A stretch of DNA of 64,000 nucleotides from Eledone cirrhosa (taxonomy: Eukaryota). The notes under the pieces were generated by a model. It was not told where the DNA came from. It was given only the letters and a program-made list of their open reading frames with translations, and did no database searches. The stretch spans positions 7,316,001-7,380,000 of the forward strand of contig OZ024760.1 of assembly GCA_964016885.1 (NCBI GenBank), written 5' to 3'. Numbering within the stretch: position 1 is the first letter of the stretch; the number at the start of each line of letters is the position of its first letter. This document shows, one piece after another, positions 12,143 through 25,111 of this stretch. Position numbers and translations under genes: made by a program.

Positions 12143-12505
12143 GAAATTATTGTGTACAGTGCTCAGGTGCACTACAACTCATCAAAGGTGCATGTATAGT
12201 ACATAGAATAATGTACAAATGTCAGGAAAATGAACAGTGTATGAGTCATGATATAATAACAATAACAATAATGAAATATTGTGTACAGTGCCCAGGTGCA
12301 CCACAACCCATCAAAAAAGTGCATGTACAGTACATAGGGCAATGCACAAACATCAGTAAAATGAACAGTGCACGAGTCATGATACACACATGTGTGCATG
12401 TGTATGGAAGGGGTACATCAGGTGTAGTTTTGGCGTATTTCGGGAAGCATGAGTGTCTTAAAGGATGCAGTGTCTCGGCAGCTAACAATTGACGCAGGCA
12501 GTTTG
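12143..12505 (-). mobile_element. CR1/L2-like LINE 3' end with a duplicated 3' UTR
   Basis: KLPASIVSCRDTASFKTLM resembles the CR1 'LP..VV......FK' C-terminus. A ~110-bp tail is present twice (12143-12252 and 12274-12383). Confidence 0.55.
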
Positions 12506-13012
12506 TATAAATGAAACAATGCTACAAAAAGAATATTTACCCTTATCCCAGAATTTTAAGTCCAACACTCTAACCACTAGGCCACATACCTATATACCTT
12601 CTGCCAACGATAACAACAAATATCACTAGCTCTCACCTGTCTTCCTCTTTAGATTCGTATCCCCTGGTGAAGTCGGTGAGGTGCCGAGGTGGCATGCACT
12701 ATGTCTTGGGCATTTTCTAAAAAACCTGGTGGAGCCCATCTCCTCTCCAGGTCTGAATACAGTAGATTTCTTCCAGAGAAGGACAGAGTAGGAGAGAAAG
12801 GAAGTGAGGAAGAGATATAGAGGAAGAATCGACCCCCAGTACTAGACTGGTACTTTTTTGTTTTTAGCGATCTTGAATGGATGAAAGGCAAAGTTGACCT
12901 CGGCAGGATCTGAACTCAGGGAGCAGAAAGCCAGGACAAATACCACAAAACATTCTATCCGACATTCTAATAACTTTGCCAATTCCTTGCATTCCTCCTC
13001 ACCTGTACTTAC

Positions 13013-13125
13013 CTGTAATTTACCAAGTTCAGCTTTCAAAGCTAATGATTTAGGTCCAGGTATTTTTGTATTCACTACCGGACACCTTGGTTCCACTCCA
13101 TTGGATATACTGGCTTTTTGAATGA
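13013..13125 (-). CDS. ABAT: ABAT coding exon 2
   Basis: TTTGCAG acceptor and CAG|GTAAG donor, 113 nt. Encodes ...EPRCPVVNTKIPGPKSLALKAELGKLQ, matching the GABA-T N-terminal 'T.VPGP.S' motif. Confidence 0.9.
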
Positions 13126-13673
13126 CTGCAAATATAAATACAAACTGTTAAGGATTATTATTGGTAGAATTGGTGGAATTAGTAGAACATTGGACAACAT
13201 GCTTTGTAGCATAGTTACGGCCCTTTACAGTCTGAGTTCAAATCCACAAAGATTTCGTACTTATGGGGGTCCATAATCAACTTTACCCTCTCCTAAAATC
13301 ATTGGCCTTGTGCCTAAATCAGAAACCATTACTATTGATGAGGGCAGTGAAATAAAGTGTCTTGCTCAAGGACACAACACATCACCCAGTCCAAGAATTG
13401 AACTCACAACCACCCAATTGCAAGCCCAATGCTCTAACCATTAAATCATGTGCCTTCACTTATGTGTGTATATATATATATATATAACTAAAGAAATTTT
13501 AGTCTGATAGTGTAGTTTAAAACACTCTAAAACATGGAAAAGGATGGAAGGATGGATATTGACTTACATTATCCCCATGTACGTCAATACTCATCCTTTT
13601 CCCTTTTTTAGAGGGTTTTAAACCCCACTATCGGGCTAAATTTCAAACTTCGCTTCCAGTTTCAAAACAAACT

Positions 13674-13708
<35 letters not shown>

Positions 13709-13757
13709 AATGAAATGATAGGAGGCTGGATTTGTGTAAATCCTTGAAAGGTTTATT

Positions 13758-13815
13758 ATACTATGATCATTTCAATGACCGGGTTCCGTATGAATCCGGT
13801 GATATCATCAGGTAT
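13758..13815 (-). ncRNA. Type I hammerhead ribozyme
   Basis: atac-CTGATGA-tatcaccggattc(atacg)gaacccggtcatt-GAAA-tgatca-TA^gtat, with palindromic ATGATCAT stem III. Confidence 0.72.
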
Positions 13816-14001
13816 TCGAAATATAATACGTGAATGTAGTAGATAAAATCCATGGGGCTGAAAATCAAGGACCCATAATAGCACCACCAACTACAAAAAC
13901 AAAGACGGTTGAACTGCTTTACGTTGAGTACTCTCTATATTATTACATTGCGATTGACCATACGGAATTGACCAGCTCTATCCAGTGGTGAACCTCAAAC
14001 C

Positions 14002-14074
<73 letters not shown>

Positions 14075-14879
14075 GGGGGGGTGGCTGTAGGAAAATGGTC
14101 TAAGATATTATGAAATGTTGCTTTTTATTTTTATTTTTAACCTTTTCTTATCATATAGTGTGGATATTATACAACTTGACATGTGTCAAACCAATTATAT
14201 ATATCACTTCTTTTTCTCCTCTCAGCCAAATGTCAGATACTTTTTTTGAAGGACATCACATTGCAAATTTTTACAACATAAAGTATAAACCAACACTATG
14301 ACTACATCACATTAAATATTGAAGTCTTTACTCTAATACTACACATTTCCACAATCTTTCCCTTTAGTAAAGATACTATAAACATTAAACATTTGAAATA
14401 ACAAACCACATGAAACCACATTAACAAGACATTCTTCAAAAGTACATAATAACACTATGACTACATAACTTTAAAAAATAGTCTTTATTCCAGTTTACAG
14501 TAAATTTTCACAATGACCTATCTACCAGTAAAGATACTATAAAAATGGAGTAGTAACCAGAAATTGTTTTTTATATATTTATTTCCTTATTTTTATAATG
14601 GTTTTTTTTTTTACTCCCTTTCGATTTACCTATTCTTTCACTCCCCACCTCCTCCTCTTCTCCAGTACACTTTTCTGGACCTTTTATACACTAAACTTAG
14701 AATCTGCTGTATAGATTTCACTTTCAACACTTGACTGGGTTCCCCCCAATCCTTCTTTGTTCTACCGGCAGGTTCGGCCACCCCTATCTTCCACCAAATG
14801 CCATGATAGATTTATCTGTCTTTACAACAAATTTTTGACCATTCCTCTTGACATTTGCTATCTTCCCATATAAGGAAAT

Positions 14880-14975
14880 ACCCCCTAAGAAGTTCGGCTA
14901 TTTATTTACCAGGCTAAAAATTCTTATTTAGTCCAGAAATAGCCGTCGAAACGGCTTGAGCACTGCCGTCGGGGT
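14880..14975 (+). ncRNA. Type I hammerhead with a full stem III; core has a 1-nt deletion
   Basis: acccc-CT(G missing)AAGA-..cggctattt...aaatagccgtc-GAAA-cggc(ttgagcact)gccg-TC^ggggt. Confidence 0.6.
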
Positions 14976-15431
14976 CATACTTGTTCCTATTACCACTCTA
15001 CTACCCTAAGTATTGAGTACTTTGGTGCGTTATGGTCCATCTAGTTCTTTACCACAATTCCTTCGTTATATATATATATATATATATATATAGGGGGTGT
15101 AACTAGAAGTTACTGCAGGTTCACTTCTGTGATGAGGTGTAGAGCTATACAGAGTGTAATATATAGAAAGGATAAAAAGGATGATTGATTATTCCTTCAT
15201 TCCATTTATTGATAGGTGACGCGCGTTTCGCCACTGATCAGCTCAAGGTTCGATCCATTTCGATCCTACACGACTCAATAATCCGCAGCTCGACGGACCC
15301 TCTTAAAATGCTATAAGAATATATATATAAGTAGTTACACAACAGTTAGTTCACTGTGTAAACACTTCTTCCTAACTCGTCCCTTGGACAGAATGCTCTA
15401 CCACTACGGATATTACCTTCCAGTGTTCCAC

Positions 15432-15483
<52 letters not shown>

Positions 15484-15866
15484 TGGCTGCCAACTCGTTT
15501 TCGAGTACGGCCACTACTTTATATCCATGTAGGAGAACCCCTACCGATGCGCTGACCGAGTGTGACATTTTAGTCCAGCCAGCGACTTGAAAACTCTGGT
15601 ACAAACACTACACTTGTGACAATTATTGACACATAGTGCTGGGCCTATGGTACCATGTGACGACAAGTGCAGAGAGATCTCCAGATATAAAGCAATGCCT
15701 ATGCCGTGAAGCTTTTATAGTGAGCAAAGGCACTGCACAAAGCCAGTCCCACTCTCTTAACCAAGATGATATTTACCAAAAAGAAGAACAAGTCAACATC
15801 ATTGGATACCGTCAGGGTTGCAGGTGTTATATCAGAGTTTTCCTTCTCCTAGAATTCTGCCTTTAC

Positions 15867-15905
<39 letters not shown>

Positions 15906-16599
15906 TATACGTATATATCGGCTGGATCGGAGGATCTTAGCTAAATAAGGGGCGGGGGAAGTCTAGTTTTTTTTTTTTTCAAATATATTTTCATTTTATC
16001 ATTAATTTTTATTCTAAACCACTAAACCACAAACATTACGCACACACACACATATATACATTAATTAGTCTTTATCATTAAGATTAATATATAAAAAAAA
16101 TCAAAATAATGGTTTCTTATATAGGCACAAGGCCAGCAATTTTGGGGAGGGAGAAGTCGATTAAATCGATCCAGTGCATTACTGGTACTTTATTTTATCG
16201 ATCCCGGAAGGATGAAAGGCAAAGTTAACCTCGGCGGGATTTGATAAAAAAAAATCAAAATAATAATTATGTATAATTATTTAAAATTCAAATCCCGCCG
16301 AAGTTGACTTTGCCTTTCATCCTTACGAGGTCGATAAAATAAAGTACCAGTAATGCACTGGGTAATTGCTGGCCTTGTGCCTAAAGTAGAAACAATTATT
16401 TAAAACATTTTTTGCCCAATTTTTTTTTTTTTTTTAAGGGCAGGGTCCTCAAATTTCATACAGCTTAGAGGTCTCAACAGGTGAATGTCCAGCCCTGATT
16501 CTAGGGGACTAAACAACACAACCACCAACCCACCCAGCCAGCCACGCGTAATAAGGGAGGACAGGAAATTGTAATTAGTGAACGGAAGGAGGAAAGAAA

Positions 16600-16905
16600 G
16601 ATAGACGAGTAACAACAACACAGCTCTGTCTGTCTGTCCCTTAAAGAAGAAAGGATAGACGAGTAACAACAACACAGCTCTGTCTGTCTGTCCCTTAAAG
16701 AAGGAAGGATAGACGAATAATAACAACACAGCTCTGTCTGTCTGTCCCTTAAAGAAGGAAGGATAGACGAATAATAACAACACAGCTCTGTCTGTCTGTC
16801 CCTTAAAGAAGGAAGGATAGACGAATAATAACAACACAGCTCTGTCTGTCTGTCCCTTAATGAAGAAAGGATAGACGAATAATAACAACACAGCTCTGTC
16901 TGTCA
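16600..16905. repeat. 54-bp tandem repeat, about 6 copies; related degenerate copies at 17270-17810
   Basis: Unit gatagacgaataataacaacacagctctgtctgtctgtcccttaaagaaggaag, in ABAT intron 1. Confidence 0.9.
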
Positions 16906-17839
16906 CCTAATGAAGGAAGGAACGAGCAACAACAAAAACGGCTCTGAAAAATACGCTGTCTACAAGGAGCTGTGACACTGAGGAGACCATAGTCGCGAAT
17001 AATTATATTTTTCTCCCCAAACTACTAAAACACACATCTATTTCTATATATGCTACAATTTATGTGCATGTTATGTTTATCACGTATCAAAGTTGTTTTT
17101 ATATCTTAGTTGATATTTGATAATAGCTAAACCAATCACTACAACTAAATTGACCAAATTTGGTTCACCCCACCCTACCCCACCAGTTCAGAAATGTTTC
17201 TACCGCCCCTGGTCTATCTGTCCTCAAAAGAAAGAAGGGACAATATACCAGTAACATCTCTGAAAATAACCTCTATCTGTCTGTCCCATAACGAAAGGAA
17301 CGAGCAACAACAACAACAGTTCTGGAAATAAGCTATCTGCCTATCTGTCCCCTAATGAAAGAAGGAACGAACGAACAGCAACAGCTCTAGAAATAAGCTC
17401 TGTCTGTCTATCTGTCCCCTAATGAAAGAAAGAAGGGACGAGAGACAAGCAACAACAACAACAACTCTAGAAATAAGCTCTGTCTGTCTATCTGTCACCT
17501 AATGAATGAAGGGACGAGACGAGCAACAGCTCTAGAAATAACCCCTATCTGTCACCTAATGAATGAAGGGACGAGACCAGCAACAGCTCTAGAAATAACC
17601 TCTATCTGTCACCTAATGAATGAAGGGACGAGACCAGCAACAGCTCTAGAAATAACCTCTATCTGTCTATCTGTCCCCTAATGAATGAAGGGACGAGACC
17701 AGCAACAGCTCTAGAAATAACCTCTATCTGTCTATCTGTCACCTAATGAATGAAGGAAGGAACGAGAGACAAGCAACAACAACAGCTCTAGAAATAAGCT
17801 CTGTCTGTCTGTCCCCCCCGCCCCCGAAAATCTTCTTAC

Positions 17840-17957
17840 CTGTATAAAGTAGCAGACGTCTTTGAGAGATCACTGTAGCAGAATTATTCCATATTCCAAT
17901 CGATCCTTTCATACAGACCAGAAAGCGATTCTTGAAAAACACCCTTGCACTCTGCAT
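17840..17957 (-). CDS. ABAT: ABAT coding exon 1 (mitochondrial targeting peptide)
   Basis: ATG at 17957 gives MQSARVFFKNRFLVCMKGSIGIWNNSATVISQRRLLLYT (Arg-rich, no acidic residues). Donor G|GTAAG, phase 1, splices in frame to the exon at 13125. Confidence 0.75.
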
Positions 17958-18339
17958 CGTTCTGATTTTCAATGTGAAAAGCGTCGCAACTTCTGTTTCA
18001 AAATTCCTCCTCCCCTTCCTCTTCCTTCCTTCTGCTTCAGCCGCTCTCTCTCTCTCTTTCTTTCTCTCTCTGTCACAAAGACACTCTTTTTCTTTCTCTG
18101 TCACTCTATCGCTGTGTCAGCCCGTCTTCTCTCTCTCTCCCTCTCTCTCTCTGTAACCATAACTCTCTCTCTCTCTCTCCCTGTCACAAAGACACTCTTT
18201 TTCTTTCTCTGTCACTCTATCGCTATGTCAGCCCGTCTTCTCTCTCTCTCCCTCTCTCTCTCTGTAACCATAACTCTCTCTCTCTATAGCCATAACTCTC
18301 TCTGTTGCTATAACTCTCTCTCTCTCTCTGTAACCATAA

Positions 18340-18370
<31 letters not shown>

Positions 18371-18787
18371 CTTCTCTGTCTGCCACCCCTCCCCCTCCCT
18401 CGGTAACACTGATAATATCTAATCCATTTAACAAGTTGCTTCTACGAGCACGTCTCGTCTCTATCTATATCACCCTCTCTCCCCCAATCCTCTCTCCCCC
18501 ACCCTCTCTCTCTCTCTCACTTTATTTACCATCATTTTCATCTGTACACACACACACACACACACTACAGACTACACACACATACCACACATACACACCA
18601 CACATACTACACACCTTGTTTGTATCTATATATTTCTCTTTCTCTTTAGGTAGATGTGTGTCTGGGACCGGGTACGGGTTAATGTGAATGCAATAGCGTT
18701 CAAGAAACAACTCACTCTTTCTCACTTTCTCCCCCCCCCCCCCGCCTCTCTCTCCATCTTTCTATATATATATATATATGTGTGTGT

Positions 18788-18820
<33 letters not shown>

Positions 18821-18981
18821 TAAGGCCCGCGTTCAATCTGCGGTATTCCACAGTAAGCACGGCACACAATAGATTAGTAGAGTGTAAACATCAGGAAAGC
18901 CTTGCTGATTTCTTTTGAATGAAACAGTTCTAGTCCTGTAGGAGCCATTTCTATATTAAACATCATATATATCTATCTCTC

Positions 18982-19251
18982 TAAGGTGGGTAAAATTCCC
19001 GAGATCCATGGACGAGTTCTCTCCAGCGGTCTCTGTCCCTCATTATCGCTGCCATATCCTGCATCTCCAACAGACCAGTGTCTGTCCTTAGGGCATCAAC
19101 ATATGTTAACCTTGGTCTTCCTCTTCTAGTGTGTCCATGTATCCCAAAAGTCAGCTCAAAAGTGACACAGAGGAGATTGAGGTTGGCTGGACATGCTCAC
19201 CGACATCCAGAGTTGACATTGCACTCAGTGCTCCTTTGGGAGCCCCTACAT
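18982..19251 (-). mobile_element. RTE-like LINE 3' fragment with a 5' inversion
   Basis: The + segment reads KVTQRRLRLAGHAHRHPEL...LLWEPLH. It continues on the - strand as HGHTRRGRPRLTYVDALRTD...MRDRDRWR. Confidence 0.75.
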
Positions 19252-20054
19252 CATATATATATATATATCATCATCATCATCATCATCAACGTTTAACGTC
19301 CGTGTTCCACGCTTGCATGGGTTTGGACGGGGGTAGTCCCACTTGAGGCAAGAGTGATTGTCTTGCTCGCATAGGACTGTCTGGCAGGTTTTCTACAGTT
19401 GGATGCCCTTCCTAACACCAACCACATTTACATATATATATATAAAAAGTCAGATCAATTGAACATGTCTTGCTCCCACATAACTGTTTCTGTTTTGGTT
19501 TCTATGGCTGGATGCCCTTCCTAGCGCCAACCGCATTTACATACATACATACATACATAGATATTGCGCATGTATTGTTTTTGCTGGTAGTCTCCTTTCT
19601 CCCATTTTCGGGACCGTGTGAGATTTTCTTTAGAACCGCTGGACTAACAACCTAACAGTCCCCTCAAGCACTGATGGTGATTATCGCTAAATATTGATGT
19701 TGATTTGGTTATCAATATTAATGTTATTGGGTTACCCACTGAAGATTTATAAGTGCCCACTTGAATAAATATCTATTGATCTTATACAAGCTTCTACATA
19801 ACTTGGTATAATTTCACCCAATTCGTAGAAATCTTATAATGAAACGAGTCGTCTGGGAAATGATATATTTGATATATCTCATATGAAATGATACAGCCAA
19901 TTATCCACACAATACAATATAGTTAGCACCCCGAACGTTTAATTGGGAATATACTCAGGTATTTCCTAATGTTTGTTGAGTGAGTTGGAATTTGGCCGGA
20001 GTATCACTTTTAGCTTTTTCCGATTATGTATTTATATATATATATATATATATA

Positions 20055-20246
20055 TAACGAAGGAAATGTGGTAAGGAACTAGGTGGACCATAACGCACCA
20101 AAGTACTCAATACTTAGGGTAGTAGAGTGGGTAATAGGAACGAGTAGGACCCCGACGGCTGAGCTCAAGCCGTTTTCGACGGCTAATTCTGGTCCAGAAT
20201 TAGCCGTCGAAACGGCTTGAGCTCAGCCGTCGGGGTCCTACTCGTT

Positions 20247-20251
<5 letters not shown>
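20055..20251 (-). mobile_element. Short TA-embedded element with a fold-back end (family of 14880-15070 and 60464-60660)
   Basis: Palindrome at 20134-20251. Shared tail ...ttacccactctactaccctaagtattgagtactttggtgcgttatggtccac...ccttcgttata. Confidence 0.75.
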
Positions 20252-20345
<94 letters not shown>

Positions 20346-20360
20346 TTATCTATCTATCTA

Positions 20361-22490
20361 GGTTGGCGCTTGTCGTCGAGAACCTGGTAGGGAAAGCGCA
20401 AACGTGTGCAATCCCGACCAGGTCCATACACGACAACCTCCACCTCATGCGATACATCATAGAGAGGGTGGGTAGTAAACCTGGCTTCGGTGGGGCTCTG
20501 ATCAACTTGGATCAGTCTAAGGCATTCGATAGGGTCGACCGTCGATACTTGGAATCGGTTCTCAAGTAGGCCGGTTTCGGTCCCATGTTCAGAGGATGGA
20601 TCGAGGCGATGCACACCAGCATCTGCTCGAGGGTCAAGGTGAATGGCTACCTATCGGAGCCGTTCGCAATCACGCGTTCCATTCGACAGGGGTGCCCTCT
20701 CTCCTCCATTCTGTATGTATTGACTCTAGATCCACTACTGCGGAAATTGGAGCTGTTGCAGGGCATCCCTCTAGAACCGGGACTGCGCAAAGCGGCGTCG
20801 GCTTATGCCGATGACGTGAAGGTAATGGTGTCGAGCACCTCGGAAATCGGGGTGATCGGCAACTTACTGAAAGAATACGAAACGCTGACGGGAGCAAAAC
20901 TAAACTTGGACAAGTCTGTCGGTTTGCAACTCGGTACGTGGAGAGGCAAACCGATGACGTCTGACAGTGTCGTTGGACGCTGGACGGACGGACCGGTGAA
21001 ATTGCTCGGGGTCTGGTTTGGTCCAGACCTCCAGGTGGAGAAAAACTGGAACGAGGTCACGGCCAAGGTGTTTGCACTCACCCAGAAGTGGGCAGAGTGC
21101 AAACTGTCCTTGAAAGGTCGAGCAGAGGTGGCGAACACTTTCATAGCGTCCGTCATCTACTACCGCTTGACTGTCATGCCTTGTCCCCGTGAACACCTCG
21201 CCAAGATGGAACGCATGCTCTTCCAGTTTCTGTGGAAGAAGCAGGCTCCGCAGGTGAGGAGATCCGTCTGCTGTCAGCACCCTTCCAATGGAGGGCTGGG
21301 AATGCCGTGGCTGATGATGCGCAAACATGCGCTGAGGCTGCAGCATCTCCAGGTATTCCTCACCGACCCCCAACCGGTGTGGGCACCGTTTGTGAGACAG
21401 ACTTTCCCACAGCTCGTCTCACTGACGGAGTTGCAGTCCTGGGTGAAGAAAAGGCCGAAAACGATGGGCGCCTGGCACATTGAATGCGCTCAGGCGCTCA
21501 CAGTCCTCTGGCAAGCGGGCGCAGCAATCAGTGGAGACTCCACTTCGACATTCTATAGAGGGATTGTACGTTACAAGGGCAACGACGTGCTCGGAGAGAC
21601 TCTGGGCGTCAAAGACGATGAGCACACCAGTCTGTTTGGTAGGACTTTCCGCCTGGGACCTATGGACAACTTCCAGAGGTCCGTGGCCTGGCAGTGCTAC
21701 CGAGGAGCTCTACCGGTTTGTGACAAGATCTACAGGCACGGACGCCCCGGCAGGGATCCTTCCAAGAGAACGTGTCCAAGATACGCACAGGACATTGAAA
21801 CAGTCCTGCACGCAATTGTACACTGCCCGGGCGTAACCGACCTGTGGAACTATGCAGAACAACTGCTGTCGCATATGGGACAAATCCAGTTGACTGCCGA
21901 GTCCATAGTAAGGATCAAACCGCCAGCCTCTTTCAAAAACGAAAGAGAGGCGGTTTTCCTCTGTACGGTGGCTATGGTGAAAGAAGTTATATGGTGGACG
22001 AGGTTGAGAGGACTGAGGACAGATGCCTTTCTCTCCGGACAACAATTGATTTGCTTCTTTAAGTATCACTTTAGAAGGAGAATCAGGGTGGAGAGAGAGG
22101 CACTGCACCCCAGTAAATTTACTGAAAGGTGGGTGAATGAAGCGAAAATGGCCCGAGTGATTGGGCCTTCTCTGTTTATAAGCCTGTAGGTTCAGGAAGA
22201 GAGCAAAAGGAAGAAAGGAGCACTTGCACAACACGCTCCTGGAGTTGAGGGTTGTTCTATCTACGGGGTATTATACAACCCATTTGTGGCGCCTCCCCCC
22301 TATTGGGGATTTCGATTGTTGAAATTGTCTGTTTTTATATTTTTTACACGACTGTATGTAAAATCCCCGGCATGTCTTTGTATTGTCCCCTTTTCTTGTG
22401 CGCCCTTGTGGCTAATAAAGAAATATATCTATATGTCCTGTATTGTCCTCTTTTCTTGTGCGCCCTTGTGGCAAATAAAGAAATATATCT
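20361..22490 (+). mobile_element. 5'-truncated L1/Tx1-type LINE, ORF2 with one in-frame stop
   Basis: Motifs [32 protein letters not shown] and a decayed zinc knuckle CPRY...ETVLHAIVHC. ORFs 20336-20569 and 20585-22189 share a frame, separated by TAG. The 3' tail with AATAAA is duplicated. Confidence 0.9.
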
Positions 22491-22594
22491 TTATATATAT
22501 ATATATATATATAAAAATATATATACATATATATAAGATATACATATATGCATATATATGTGTGTATGTGTGTGTCTGTGTGAGTATCTATCTC

Positions 22595-22627
<33 letters not shown>

Positions 22628-22930
22628 CACATGCATATACATACATATGACCTTCTCTCCTCACCATACCCCTCTTCCTCACTCTCTATACCCAGTCACT
22701 AACTTTCTCCCCCTCCCATCCATCATCTGTATCTGTCATTTAAGTAAAAGGCCTGCTTTTTTGTGATTTTTCTTTCCTTTATACGTGTGTGTCTGCCTCT
22801 GCATATAAATAGGTATATGTGTGTGTATATATATATATATATATGTGTGTGTGTATGTGTGTGTATATATACATATATGTATATTTTATATATATATATT
22901 TACGTATATATATTATATACATATATATAT

Positions 22931-23321
22931 ATCATCATCATCATCATCATTTTACGTCCGCTTTTCCTTGCATGCAAGGGTGGGACGGGAACTGATTCTG
23001 GCTTGATTTCTACAGCTGGATGCCCTTCCTAACACCAACCTCATTTACAGTGAGTGCTGGGTGCTTTTTTGCCATGGCGTCTACACATCCACTTTACAGT
23101 GTGGGCTGGGTGTTTTTTTGCCATGGCACCTCCACGACCACTTTACAATGGAATGATAGGGACCCCAGTCCCTATCATCTCATTTCTACAGCTGAGTAAA
23201 CTGGAGCAATGTGAAATAAAGTGTCTTGCTCAAGGAAACAACACATCACCTGGTCTGAGAATTGAACTCACAACCTTTCGATTGCAAGGCCAATGCTCTA
23301 ACCACTAAGCCATGTGCCTCC
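22931..23321 (-). mobile_element. SINE family A with two copies of the internal module
   Basis: Near-identical to 4165-4498. Confidence 0.85.
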
Positions 23322-23627
23322 ATATATATATATATATTTATATTATATACATACATGTATGTATGTATGTATGCATATATGTGTATGTATGTATATATGT
23401 GTGTTTGTGTGTGTGTATATATTAGGGGTATGTGTATTCTGTGTATGTTGTCTGATCATCACGTAGGTAAATATTCTTCCAAATAAAATTGGTCTTGGAT
23501 TATCACAGGGATTAAATTTGGTCAGGAATCATTATGTATATATGTATATATGTATGTATATAGGTACATGTATGTATGTATGTATATATGTATGTATATA
23601 TGTATATGTCAAGTCACCAATTGGTGC

Positions 23628-24216
23628 TACTGGTAACATGTATCCCAGTACAACCTGTCCCATGGTCGGGTCGTTGGCGACTAAACTGGCAACCCCACCA
23701 AGGTTTCTTGGTGAGGAGGGTGACTTTGGACATCCTGCAGGACTAAACAATAAACCTGTCAAAGGGCAAAGGAGCTCTTAAGAGTCAATGGCCATCCAAA
23801 ATCACCGGGAGAGATGACCCCTTAGCCTTTGTCAAGGCAGAATTCTAGGAGAAGAAAAACTCTGATATAACACCTGCAACCCTGATGGTATCCAATGATG
23901 TTGACTTGTTCTTCTTTTTGGTAAATATCATCTTGGTTAAGAGAGTGGGACTGGCTTTGTGCAGTGCCTTTGCTCACTATAAAAGCTTCACGGCACAGGC
24001 ATTGCTTTATATCTGGAGATCTCTCTGCACTTGTCGTCACATGGTACCATGGGCCCAGCACTATGTGTCAATAATTGTCACAAGTGTAGTGTTTGTACCA
24101 GAGTTTTCAAGTCGCTGGCTGGACTAAAAAGTCACACTTGTTCAGCGCATTGGTAGGGGTTCTCCTACATGGATATAAAATAGTGGCCGTACTCGAAAAC
24201 GAGTTGGCAGCCACTA
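23628..24216 (+). mobile_element. Two-module non-autonomous element, RTE-derived. Copies at 46238-46828 and 15481-15860 (3' module only)
   Basis: The 3' module encodes a decayed [18 protein letters not shown] zinc finger typical of RTE C-termini and ends GGCAGCCAC + (TA)n. Three near-identical copies in the window. Confidence 0.7.
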
Positions 24217-25111
24217 TGTATATATGTATATATGTATATATGTATATATATATGTATATATGTATATATGTATGTATATATGTATGTATGTATGTATGTA
24301 TATATGTATGTATGTATATATGTATATATGTATGTATATATGTATATATGTATATCTCTTTCTCTTAATTTCGAGTATATTTTTTTTGACCGGCCACCTT
24401 CCTGGTGGCAAGGTTGTAAAAGAAAAGAAATTGTCATCCCTTGAATCGCAAGAATGTTTTGCAAATTTTGAAGGTGCCAGCTATCGCAGCCATTTGTAGA
24501 CTATGAATTAGGGAGCTGCGCTTTTTGTCCGCAAATCCAAGTTCAGTCATACTTTGGTCCAAGTGGGTTGGTATATAACCCGTATATGTATGTATATATG
24601 TATGTATGTATATATGTATGTATACATATGTATGCATGAGACAAAACCACCCATTTAAAAGGTTACCAATTTAAATTAAAAATCTTCCAAGATAATTTTA
24701 TATAAGAACCTTGTAAATTTACTATCTTATGAAAGAAATAATTAATAATTTTAGTAAACCCCTCAAAATTATTCATTAATTAATTGAAATAGAATGTATT
24801 TCAGATTTTACGGACATAACTAACCGGCAGGAGACCTAGAGGTAGATCCAGCTTAGGGATCCAGTTGGATCAGCTTGAGATGTTCTGACAGGACCTGGTG
24901 GAAGGAGTGTTTGGGAACTCCGACCTCCCACGGCCCTCTCAAGAATCAGTGGGCGGCGGCGAAGAAGAAGAAGAAGCAATAGGGTCAGAAAAGGGTGAAA
25001 TTATATTTTTTGCTCTTACTATTTATATCGTTGTAAGTGGTGGGGACACGGGTGGGTTTATTTTTTAATAAATAATTTAAGGCTGGTTAATTTTCATATT
25101 TAGATGTTGGT

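Noticed and set aside
24808-24995. Unique exon-like island (also 28279-28307 on the - strand)
   Set aside because: No continuous frame or recognisable product. A lncRNA exon cannot be excluded without transcript data.
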